Shown here: positions 12,125-21,076 of the stretch, piece by piece
Position numbering within the stretch: the stretch's first letter is position 1
Layout of the letters: each line of letters begins with the position of its first letter
Assembly: GCA_965203905.1 (NCBI GenBank)
Contig: CBDBDQ010000005.1
Location: 5,632,001-5,696,000 of the forward strand
Source of the DNA: Spirochaetia bacterium
GTDB lineage: Bacteria; Spirochaetota; Spirochaetia; SZUA-6; Bin103
Length of the DNA stretch: 64,000 nt
Direction of reading: 5' to 3'
Notes under the pieces: generated by a model
Told to the model about the DNA's origin: nothing
What the model saw: only the letters and a program-made list of their open reading frames with translations
The model's database searches: none
Position numbers and translations under genes: made by a program

Positions 12125-12976
12125 GTGGGTGGTCTCGCCAGGGAACAGATCGCAGCAGCGTTGGGAGACCTGGGTCTGCGCACCGGAGAGATCGTGTTCG
12201 TGCACAGCTCGCTGCGCAGCCTGGGGTACGTCCGGGGCGGAGCTGAGGCCGTCGTCGATGCGATCCTGGACACCCTCGGCCCACAAGGCACGCTGGTGGT
12301 GCCGACCTTTATCTTCTCGCACGACACCGACGGGGTGGCGGTCTTCGACCTCGAACGCGATCCATCGGAAATGGGTCGTCTGACAGAAACCGTACGCACC
12401 AGGGCTGGGGCAGCCAGGAGCCGTCATCTGGTCCATTCGGTTGCCGCGCTAGGCCCGCACGCGCAGCAGATCACCGCCGTGCAAGGAGCTGCGGCGTGGG
12501 CCGCTGACGGTCCGTTCTGGCAGCTATACGTGCTGGACGCTCGCATCCTGCTGCTTGGCGTTCCCTACCTGCGTTGTACCTACTTCCACGTGATCGAGCA
12601 GCTCGTACAGGTGTCCTACCGCCGCTGGAGATCGAGGGCGGCGATGATTCGCGAGAGCAATGGCGCAATGCGAGACCTTCCTACGGTGAGCTACGGTCCC
12701 GAGCAGGGTTTTGGGGGCAACGACTTCAACAAACTCGGCGCGCTTCTGGAACACCGGGGGCTGGCTCACGTAGGGGCGGTCGGGAACGCAGTTGCGCGGC
12801 TCTTTCCGGCGCGGGGTGCGCTTGAGGTCGGGATTGCCGAGTACCGCAGAGACCCGCAGCTCTTCGTCAAGACGGGGGGACACGTCACTCCGCTGGACCA
12901 CGGAGTGATGACTGAAGATCTCAACAACGAAAAGTGCGTGCTCGACGCGGCCGCCATATTCTCGCCGCGGCCGTAG
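12125..12976 (+). CDS. AAC(3)/YokD-family N-acetyltransferase
   Basis: VFVHSSLRSLGYVRGG, GTLVVPTF, MGRLTE, SVAALG, CTYFHVIE. Confidence 0.85.
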   Translation: MGGLAREQIAAALGDLGLRTGEIVFVHSSLRSLGYVRGGAEAVVDAILDTLGPQGTLVVPTFIFSHDTDGVAVFDLERDPSEMGRLTETVRTRAGAARSRHLVHSVAALGPHAQQITAVQGAAAWAADGPFWQLYVLDARILLLGVPYLRCTYFHVIEQLVQVSYRRWRSRAAMIRESNGAMRDLPTVSYGPEQGFGGNDFNKLGALLEHRGLAHVGAVGNAVARLFPARGALEVGIAEYRRDPQLFVKTGGHVTPLDHGVMTEDLNNEKCVLDAAAIFSPRP

Positions 12977-13034
12977 CCCTGCCAGCCGGGCGCCTCGCCG
13001 CTCTCGGTGCGACGCCGGGTGCCACCACGGGCTG

Positions 13035-13868
13035 CTAGGTGAGAATCACCTTGCCTCCTGGACTCAAGATCATGATGTCCGTATTGGGCAGCCGATACTG
13101 ACGAGCCGCAATTGCCGTGAGGTATTCAGCCGGATGTGCACCCTGAGACCGTACTCGCGGGGAGAAGAAGCCGAAATGGCACGGTATCACCACGCGCGGC
13201 TGCAGGATCTGAGTCAACAGCGCGGCAAACCCGACTCCCATGTTGGTGTCGTTGATTGGCAACAGCAGATAGTCTACCGATAGATTACACATTTCCTCCT
13301 TGTGAGGGGTGTCGAACTTGTGATCACCGGGATAGTAGATCGTCCCCCGTGCACTATTGATCACGAATCCGCAATCTCCCGGGGTGTGGTGCTTGGCGTA
13401 GGTCACGTTGATCGAGATTTCGCCGAAATCGAAACTGGATCCATACTCGGCAGGGCGCAAGGACTCGGACGCGATACCCAACTCGGTGAGCTGGTCATGA
13501 CAGTACTTGGGGGCAATCACGGTAGGCTTCAAATGGGCGATCCCTCGTATCGAGTCCCGGTTCAGGTGGTCGCCATGGTCATGCGAAATGAGCACCACGT
13601 CGATTCGCTCTACGTCCGCTGCAGCGAGTGGAACCTGGTCGCTCTGCAGGTACACTTCGTCAACCGAGTAGTGCCTGAATTCGACTGGAAGCTGCCCCTG
13701 CTTCTGATACCCGCGCCGAGTAGCCTGGATTGCGGGATCCGGTAGTGCGAGAATCGGGTCGATCATGATATGCGTGCCGTTGAGCCGGACTACAAAGCCG
13801 CAATTGATCAGATACCAGATCCCGTCATAGCCATCCTGTGCGTAGAGCTCATGCTTCATGGTTGCCAC
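13035..13868 (-). CDS. Metallo-beta-lactamase-fold hydrolase (UlaG-like)
   Basis: ISHDHGDHL, YYPGD, VIPCH. Confidence 0.85.
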   Translation of the reverse strand: MATMKHELYAQDGYDGIWYLINCGFVVRLNGTHIMIDPILALPDPAIQATRRGYQKQGQLPVEFRHYSVDEVYLQSDQVPLAAADVERIDVVLISHDHGDHLNRDSIRGIAHLKPTVIAPKYCHDQLTELGIASESLRPAEYGSSFDFGEISINVTYAKHHTPGDCGFVINSARGTIYYPGDHKFDTPHKEEMCNLSVDYLLLPINDTNMGVGFAALLTQILQPRVVIPCHFGFFSPRVRSQGAHPAEYLTAIAARQYRLPNTDIMILSPGGKVILT

Positions 13869-13999
13869 TGTGAGCCTCCCCGGTGCTGTTCGGCGGATGC
13901 TTCTCCGCGCCTCGATGCGACCGTTCCGTGAGGAAGGGAAGAATAGGCTGGTTCCGGCCGGAAGTCAACGCGTGCCGGTGCTTGCTGCGGGCGACGCAC

Positions 14000-15397
14000 C
14001 TAACGAAACCGCATGGCGTAGAGATCGGCGTCCTTCATGGTAAAGCGAACCCGGATCGGGGCACCCGCGAGACTCGCCACGGACGAGCCGCCGGTCCATC
14101 TCACCACCCGTTCGATCTGGTCACCGATAAGCACCCGGCATTGGTCTTCGGTGAATCCCGGTCGCGGTCTACCCGCTGCATCCTGCAACTCGACGGAGAT
14201 TTGGCCGCTGGCGCCGGTCGAGTAGTTGAGCACCAGCTCGCTGCCCGCGAATCGAATCGGCTTGGTGACCATCGTGCCGTCGGTGTAGGGGGAGTTCACC
14301 GAAATGAACCCGTCGGTGCGCAAAGTCTGCCGCTCTAGGTAAATCGACCGCTGAGCATAGTGGCGCACGACGTAGAGCGACAACTCCGCGGGCCCGGTTG
14401 GAACCACCCCAAGGGCGGCGTAGTTGGAGCGTGACACCCAGTCGCCGCGCCCCAGGCCCGGACGGATGAAGGCTTCCATGAAGGTGCGGTCGAAGCGTTC
14501 GCCGCCTCTGCTGGTCATCAAGACCGTCTCCGAACAGTCCCCCAGGTATCCCTCCGGCACCCCCATCCGTCGCGCTTCCTCGGTGGTCAATACTCGACGC
14601 CCTGGCAGGAACCGGGCCGGGAGCGCCACGTAGATGTGCGGAGCCCGGAAGTAGGGGTGAGTCTGGCTGGTGTAGAGGTGCTCGGGCGGCCGGTCGCCGA
14701 AGCGCATGAGCTTCGGCGCCGACCAATGCTCGAAGTCTGCCGATTGAGAGCGTGCTATCGTTCTATATCCCTCCGGGGCTTCGCCGAGCCAGGCTCGGAA
14801 GTAGCAGAGGTAGCAACCCTCGTGCTCGGACCAGAACGCGAGGTTCTGGGAATCGAAGCGGAAGTCTTCCGGGTCCGCAGGCATGACCGGTTCCCGGCGC
14901 CAGCGGCGCCAGTGCACGCCGTCACCGGAGCACAAGGCGACCAGCCCGCTCGTCTGGGTGCCGCCGAGTGCCTTGAAACGCTCCGCAGGGGGGACATTCG
15001 GACGAGCATCGACGAAGGGGCTGAAGTTGTGGGAAAGCGGTCCGTCCCCGGCCAGGATGACATTGTTCTCTCGGGTGCCGCAGACCGTGTGCAGGCCGAG
15101 GCGCGGCTTGATCCAGTGCTTCCCGTCGGCGCTCTCCGCGTAGCAGGTAACCTGACTGTCCTGGTCGTCCCCCGCCGGTGATGAGCTGCCGCGATAGTAC
15201 ATGCGGTAGGTTTCACCGTCGGCGAGGACCGTGGCATAGGTCGAGAAGGGTCCCTCCCAAGGACTGTCGAAGCGAACCGCCTCGCCCGCGGGCAGTGGCG
15301 CCTGAAGCTTGAGCGCTGTCCCCTCAAGGCGGTCGATCACGTGGTGATCAACGAACAGCTCGAGCCGGTCTCCGAGGTCGATCGTCGCAGCGGCCAT
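14000..15397 (-). CDS. Conserved hypothetical protein, predicted glycoside-hydrolase-like beta-propeller
   Basis: Repeated S-x-DG-x-x-W blades (AESADGKHW, SGDGVHW, SADFEHW); ELFVD N-terminus; LRTDGF and LYAMRF C-terminus. Confidence 0.6.
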   Translation of the reverse strand: MAAATIDLGDRLELFVDHHVIDRLEGTALKLQAPLPAGEAVRFDSPWEGPFSTYATVLADGETYRMYYRGSSSPAGDDQDSQVTCYAESADGKHWIKPRLGLHTVCGTRENNVILAGDGPLSHNFSPFVDARPNVPPAERFKALGGTQTSGLVALCSGDGVHWRRWRREPVMPADPEDFRFDSQNLAFWSEHEGCYLCYFRAWLGEAPEGYRTIARSQSADFEHWSAPKLMRFGDRPPEHLYTSQTHPYFRAPHIYVALPARFLPGRRVLTTEEARRMGVPEGYLGDCSETVLMTSRGGERFDRTFMEAFIRPGLGRGDWVSRSNYAALGVVPTGPAELSLYVVRHYAQRSIYLERQTLRTDGFISVNSPYTDGTMVTKPIRFAGSELVLNYSTGASGQISVELQDAAGRPRPGFTEDQCRVLIGDQIERVVRWTGGSSVASLAGAPIRVRFTMKDADLYAMRFR

Positions 15398-15746
15398 TCG
15401 GGTCCCTCAGAGAGCTTATCACCTCTCGCTCCAACCTGACAAATCTCGTGCCGGCTGACCGGCTGACGCTAAGCCGGCACCGAGCAGGACCGCCAAGGCC
15501 CGCGCCTCGGCGCGGGAGGGCTGACTGAGCCGGCTGGACCTCCAACCGAAACCACCGTATGCTGCCACAGCGCGCTGTCCAGCAGACAGTGACCACCTCA
15601 GATGGCTGCGACGAAGCGCCGGTGCGGGCCGCCGGTGGCGCGAAGTCAGCCTCGACGTTGTTGGCGGTCGCCCGGTCGTCGAGGTCTTCACCGCAGCCAG
15701 TCGAAGCTCATTCACCGGGCGCAAGGCTGATCGGATTCCGGAACAC

Positions 15747-16733
15747 ATGTGGCGCCTCATAGTCCGTAGATTCCTCCTCATGATCCCGACGCTCATCGCC
15801 ATCTCGATCATCTCATTCGTCATCATTCAGGCGCCCCCGGGTGACTTTGTCAGCTACTACATCGATCAACTGGAAGCCTTGGGAGAGCGTGTAGACGAGT
15901 CCGAGATCGTCGCCTTGAAGGAGCGTTATGGGCTGTCACAGCCAATGTATGTTCAGTACTTCAAGTGGATGGCTGGTCTGCTGCGTGGTGATCTGGGTCG
16001 TTCCTTGCAGTGGAATAGGCCAGTCGCGAAACTGATCGCCGAGCGGTTGCCATGGAGCATCACGATCTCGTTTGCGGCCTTCGTGCTGGTCTACCTAATC
16101 GGGATACCGTTTGGCGCTATCGCCGCTACCCGGCAACACTCGATCGCCGACTACGCCGTGACAGTGATCGGATTCATCGGTTTGGCGATCCCGAATTTTC
16201 TCTTCGCGCTGATCCTTCTATGGTTGATTTTCGTCCATACGGGCAACGTGGCAGTCGGTCTTTTCTCTCCAGAGTTCGAGCGTGCCCCGTGGAGCCTGGC
16301 GAAGCTCCTTGATCTGCTTCGGCACCTGTGGGTGCCCGCGATCATCGTCGGCACTGCCGGCACCGCCGGCCTGATCCGGGTCATGCGCGCCAACCTCCTG
16401 GATGAGTTGCACAAGCCCTACGTGATGGTCGCGCGGGCCAAGGGTCTCTCCGAACAGAGAGTGCTCTACAAGTACCCCTTCCGGGTTGCGATCAATCCCG
16501 TAGTGAGCACCATCGGATGGACTCTACCGCAGATGGTGAATGGTGAACTGCTTACCTCCCTGGTTCTCAACCTGCCCACCCTCGCGCCCATTTTCCTCGG
16601 CGCTCTGCTCAGTGAAGACATGTTCCTGGCGGGCAGTATCGTGTTCATTCTCAGTACCCTTACGGTGTTCGGTACGCTGCTCTCCGACATCCTCCTTGGA
16701 TGGGTTGATCCACGCATACGGGAGTCGATATAG
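15747..16733 (+). CDS. Peptide/nickel ABC permease (OppB/DppB-like)
   Basis: APPGD, GDLGRS, ERLPWS, ARAKGL, DPRIR. Confidence 0.92.
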   Translation: MWRLIVRRFLLMIPTLIAISIISFVIIQAPPGDFVSYYIDQLEALGERVDESEIVALKERYGLSQPMYVQYFKWMAGLLRGDLGRSLQWNRPVAKLIAERLPWSITISFAAFVLVYLIGIPFGAIAATRQHSIADYAVTVIGFIGLAIPNFLFALILLWLIFVHTGNVAVGLFSPEFERAPWSLAKLLDLLRHLWVPAIIVGTAGTAGLIRVMRANLLDELHKPYVMVARAKGLSEQRVLYKYPFRVAINPVVSTIGWTLPQMVNGELLTSLVLNLPTLAPIFLGALLSEDMFLAGSIVFILSTLTVFGTLLSDILLGWVDPRIRESI

Positions 16734-16739
16734 GCCGCC

Positions 16740-17867
16740 ATGTTGCTCCGTACCAGGTCCATATCCAGCCCCCGGGAGGCCGCCGAAAGGAGCTACTTAA
16801 TCGCCTCGCAGTGGCAGCTCATACGATGGAGGTTCCTCCAGCACAAGCTCGCCATAGGTTCACTGGGCGTGCTCTCGATCCTTTACCTGTGCGCGCTGTT
16901 TGCCGAGTTTGTCGCGCCGTACGACCCAAATCACTACGACGTTCAGCACATTCACTGTCCTCCGCAACGCATCCGTCTGTTCGCTGAAGACGGCAGCCTA
17001 AGACCGTTTGTGTACCGGCTTGAGACCAGCGTCGACCCGACCACGTTTGTCGAGACTTGTGAAGAGGACTTGACGGTGCGTTACCGCCTCACTCTTTTGC
17101 TGGCGGGTCAGCCCTACAAACTATGGGGATTGTTCCCCGGGACCGTCCATCTGTTTGGAGCGAGAGACGGGAGAGTGTTCGTCTTCGGAACTGACCGGCA
17201 GGGCCGCGACATGTTCTCTAGAATCATTTACGGTGCCAGGATTTCTCTGTCGATCGGTCTGGTCGGAATCGCGCTGAGTTTTCTCCTGGGAATCCTGATC
17301 GGTGGGTTGTCCGGGTATCTTGGTGGCACTGTCGACGTCCTGATTCAGCGCCTGATCGAGTTTATTCGCTCGATCCCGACGCTGCCGCTGTGGATGGCGC
17401 TGAGTGTTGCACTCCCGCCGCAGTGGCCGATCATCAAGGTCTATTTTGGAATCGTCATTATTCTTTCGCTGGTAGGATGGACCGATGTGGCTCGCGTCGT
17501 TCGGGGAAAGTTCTTGGCGCTTCGAGAAGAAGACTTTGTTGTCGCCGCACGGCTTCAAGGAGCAGGCGAGTCGCGGGTAATCTTCTGGCACCTGCTGCCG
17601 TCATTCTACAGCCATATAATCGCCACGTTGACGCTCTCCATCCCCGGCATGATCCTGGGAGAGACCGCACTGAGCTTTATCGGTTTGGGACTGCAGACTC
17701 CAGCGATAAGTTGGGGAGTCCTGCTGAAGGAAGCTCAGGCTGTTCACGTTCTTGCGAGCTCACCGTGGCTGCTGCTACCGGCGGTATTCGTGGTCGTCGC
17801 AATCTTGGCGTTCAATTTTGTGGGGGATGGGTTGCGGGACGCCGCAGACCCCTATGGTTCAGTATGA
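16740..17867 (+). CDS. Peptide/nickel ABC permease (OppC/DppC-like)
   Basis: FGTDRQGRDMFSR, ETALSFIGLG, FNFVGDGLRDAADP. Confidence 0.92.
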   Translation: MLLRTRSISSPREAAERSYLIASQWQLIRWRFLQHKLAIGSLGVLSILYLCALFAEFVAPYDPNHYDVQHIHCPPQRIRLFAEDGSLRPFVYRLETSVDPTTFVETCEEDLTVRYRLTLLLAGQPYKLWGLFPGTVHLFGARDGRVFVFGTDRQGRDMFSRIIYGARISLSIGLVGIALSFLLGILIGGLSGYLGGTVDVLIQRLIEFIRSIPTLPLWMALSVALPPQWPIIKVYFGIVIILSLVGWTDVARVVRGKFLALREEDFVVAARLQGAGESRVIFWHLLPSFYSHIIATLTLSIPGMILGETALSFIGLGLQTPAISWGVLLKEAQAVHVLASSPWLLLPAVFVVVAILAFNFVGDGLRDAADPYGSV

Positions 17868-17930
17868 GGACATCCCTGTCCGCTTCTGCGGCAAACCGGA
17901 GTCGGAAGCAGGCGGGAGCGAGAGGGCGGT

Positions 17931-17961
17931 ATTGACAACCATCGGAATACAGGTCACTCTG
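17931..17961 (+). promoter_or_regulatory. Sigma70-type internal promoter upstream of the family-5 substrate-binding protein
   Basis: TTGACA(17932-37)-17 nt-CACTCT; 22 of 31 nt identical to the motif at 9835. Confidence 0.55.
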
Positions 17962-18084
17962 TGGCACAGTCCGGGCAACGAGCCGGGACCAACTGGAGGC
18001 CAGTAGGATACTTTACTGACAGTGGGTAGGCTCTGGGTGCTGTAGAGCCTTGTTGTTGACGGCAGTGGATGGTGGAGGTGAACC

Positions 18085-20049
18085 ATGACGCGACCATGGT
18101 TAGTGTTGGTAATCGTCCTGTGCGGCGCCGGATCGGTGTTTGCAGGCGCCGCTGCGGAGCCCGGTGCCGCGGCTGAGGGGACCACCGAGACGGCGACCAC
18201 GGCCAAATCGGGGAAGTGGAACGAGGCACCCATGCTCAGGCAGCGGGTCGAAGCAGGTGAGTTGCCGCCGGTAGAACAGAGGTTGCCGCAGGAGCCGCTG
18301 GTGGTCGAGGTGCTCGAGGGAATCGGTCAATATGGCGGCGTGATCAGCTACGCCCGCAACCCGAATTCTCCTAAGTATCAGACGCATCGCATGCTTTACG
18401 AGTTCTACAATACTTACACGACCCCATATCGTGACAAGATCATTCCCAATGTCATGAAAGACTGGCAGATTAACGAAGATGCCTCGACGTTCAGGTTTTT
18501 TATGCGGAACGGTATGAAGTGGAGCGATGGTCAACCGTTTACTGCCGATGATGTTCTGTTCTGGTATCAAGACATCATCCTGAACGATGATATTACGCCA
18601 TCTAAACCGGGCGCGTTAACCGTCGGTGGTGAGCTCGGTAAGGTCAGCAAGATCGATGATTACACGGTCGAGTTTTCGTTCGCCGCTCCCAACGGAGTGT
18701 TCCTGGAGTCGTTAGGGAGGTGGAGGCCGGAACCGTATGCCCCCGGCCACCATCTCAAGCAGTACCATCCAACCTACACTTCCCAAGACACGATAGCGGA
18801 GCTGATGAAGGACGAGGGCTACGACAGATGGTCGGACTTCTTCGTCGAAAAGGTCGGCGGCACCGGTGCGAGCCGAGTTCCTCCTCCAGAGGCCCCCTCG
18901 ATCAGTGCCTGGGTGGCGTTGAACAAGGCTGAGGACACTACTCACGTGTTGGAGCGCAACCCGTACTATTGGAAGGTTGATTCGGCTGGCAACCAGCTCC
19001 CGTATGTAGACCGGATAGAGACCACGATGTTCGATCAGGAAGCCTGGATTCTGAAGATTCTCGCCGGTGAGCTGACCTATGCGGCGGGCGGTCATGTCGG
19101 CGGTATCACCAATCTTCCTACTATTATGCAGCGTCGCGATTCCGGTAACTATCGGGTCGTCCAGAGTACTCTGCCGGCGGGAAGTTACGGCACGATTTTC
19201 CTGAATTACAGCCATGAAGATCCGTTTCTGAGAGAGCTCTTCAACGACCATCGATTCCGAGTTGCGTTGTCGATCGGAATCGACCGAGAAGTGATAAGCG
19301 ATCTGGTGTTCAGAGGGCAGGCGGTTCCGTCGCAGCCGAGTCCGGGGGGCGGACCGCCGTACTACGGTGACACACCGATATTCAAGGCCCACACGGAGCA
19401 CGATCCGGATCAGGCGAATCTGCTGCTTGATGAGATCGGGCTTGCCACGCGCGACAGTGAAGGATTCCGCGTGCGTCCCGACGGCTCGGAGCTGGTGCTG
19501 GTCAACCTGGTGTCGAATTCAGCCCAGTTTACCGTCGACATGGCCGAGTTGTACAAGACGCATTGGAAAGACATCGGGATCAAGGTGATCAATAAGCCGA
19601 TCGGCGGCAGACTGTGGGGCACGCAAAAGCGAGCTGGAGAGTTTGACATCGCCACCAACTGGAACTGGGTCGGAGGCCGACCGATGAACTTCTTCCAGAG
19701 AGGCGACATCTTTCCGGCTTACGTGAGTTGGTCAACGGCGCCGGCGTGGGCTACCTGGCTGGTAACGATGGGCGCCGAGGGTGAGGAGCCGCCTGATGGC
19801 GTCAAACGCCTGCGGGAACTGTATGAGGAAGGTCTCAAAACGGTCGATGAAGAAACGTCGCTGCAATTGGTCAACGAAGCATTCAAGATCAGCAGCGAGA
19901 ACGTTTGGCGAATCGGCGTGCTTACAGAGCCGGCGGTAGGCAGATTCTACGTGCTGAGCAATAAGCTCAGGAATGCTCATCGTCCTGACGAGCCGCTTCC
20001 GGACGACCTGTACTCCACTCCGGTAGCCGCATGGTATCTGGAACAGTAG
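18085..20049 (+). CDS. Family-5 ABC substrate-binding protein
   Basis: Signal peptide; EAPML..GELPPVEQRLP, KWSDGQPFTADD, RNPYYWKVDSAGNQLPYVD. Confidence 0.9.
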   Translation: MTRPWLVLVIVLCGAGSVFAGAAAEPGAAAEGTTETATTAKSGKWNEAPMLRQRVEAGELPPVEQRLPQEPLVVEVLEGIGQYGGVISYARNPNSPKYQTHRMLYEFYNTYTTPYRDKIIPNVMKDWQINEDASTFRFFMRNGMKWSDGQPFTADDVLFWYQDIILNDDITPSKPGALTVGGELGKVSKIDDYTVEFSFAAPNGVFLESLGRWRPEPYAPGHHLKQYHPTYTSQDTIAELMKDEGYDRWSDFFVEKVGGTGASRVPPPEAPSISAWVALNKAEDTTHVLERNPYYWKVDSAGNQLPYVDRIETTMFDQEAWILKILAGELTYAAGGHVGGITNLPTIMQRRDSGNYRVVQSTLPAGSYGTIFLNYSHEDPFLRELFNDHRFRVALSIGIDREVISDLVFRGQAVPSQPSPGGGPPYYGDTPIFKAHTEHDPDQANLLLDEIGLATRDSEGFRVRPDGSELVLVNLVSNSAQFTVDMAELYKTHWKDIGIKVINKPIGGRLWGTQKRAGEFDIATNWNWVGGRPMNFFQRGDIFPAYVSWSTAPAWATWLVTMGAEGEEPPDGVKRLRELYEEGLKTVDEETSLQLVNEAFKISSENVWRIGVLTEPAVGRFYVLSNKLRNAHRPDEPLPDDLYSTPVAAWYLEQ

Positions 20050-20233
20050 ACCGGTAGCGCGTGGAGCGCGGTTGGTACCCGTGAATGGCTTGGTCGCGGG
20101 CGTTCGATCGGCCGTTCTGGGTAACCGGCGCCGGCAGCCCGGATAGGCCGCTTCGGGATTGGGACGGCGGCTGACGCGTCCGGTCAGAGGCACGGTTTGG
20201 GCACCACGTCCGCTCTCGGATGCGGTGCCCTGC

Positions 20234-20620
20234 GGGCTGGCCGCACTTCCCGTGGGAGGCGGTGGCGCAGTCCGGCCCCAACCACTTGGCGCGGCTGTTC
20301 GCCGGCGCCAGCTACCTGACCCAGCTCATCTGCGACTCCGCCCACCTCGTCCAGCCCAACCGGGCCCTGTTCCCCGGCTTCCACGCCTGGTACTGCGAAC
20401 GCGGCCAGGAGGGAGACACCCCGCTGCTGCACGCCAACGATCCGATCCCGCCGGTGGTGCCGCACGATAAGACCTTTCCGATTCCGGGTGGGCTGCGCCC
20501 TACCCTGGTCGACCGTCACCGCTGGCACAACCGCTACTTCGAGCTGGAGGAACAGACCTTCTCCTACCGGACTGTGCACACCACGGTGCGCTGGCTGGAG
20601 GTGAACTACCGCAGCCCGCG
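20234..20620 (+). pseudogene. Internal duplicate fragment of the downstream sulfatase-like gene
   Basis: Near-identical to 21291-21680 (GWPHFPW...RWLE.NYRSP); lacks both the N-terminus and the C-terminus. Confidence 0.85.
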
Positions 20621-20669
20621 ACTGGCGTGGCCGGTCCAGGTGATCGAGCAGACCTAAGGCACGTATCTC

Positions 20670-20956
20670 GCCGCCGGAGTTCCTCGCGCATGCGGAGACG
20701 GTGGAAGCAGACCCTGCAGTCCGGTCTCGCCGAGTTCATGCGCTACAACCCGCCGATGAACGAGGACGAGATCGAGCGGCTCAAGGACGTGCAGCCGCGG
20801 GTGGACAACCTGATGGAACGGGAGATCGACAAGTTCATCCCCGGCGAACGCCCGCTTTCCGAATTCGAGGCGTTCCGCCAGGAGCTGATCGAGCTCGGCG
20901 CCGGCGAGGTGGAGGATATCTACAACTCCGCCTACCGGCGCATGCGCGGCCAGTAA
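20670..20956 (+). pseudogene. 3' remnant of an LplA-type sugar-binding protein
   Basis: EIDKFIPGERPLSEFEAFRQELIELGAGEVEDIYNSAYRR resembles the C-terminus of the intact SBP at 46158 (KFISGALDLDEDWDGYLSELEKIG). Confidence 0.65.
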
Positions 20957-21076
20957 CGGCCGTTGCCCGGGCGGTTCGCGGCGCAGCCCTCTCGTTGCAG
21001 GTGGCGCGCCGCGGACCGGCCCCAGCCGGCGCAGGGCCGGCCTCTCGTGCTATGCTGGGGTAGCGGACCTCCACGA

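Noticed and set aside
9952-20049. Circular permutation of a BCA-DF operon via a circular intermediate
   Set aside because: The oppD-like gene has its own promoter matching the SBP promoter, and no terminal repeats were seen.
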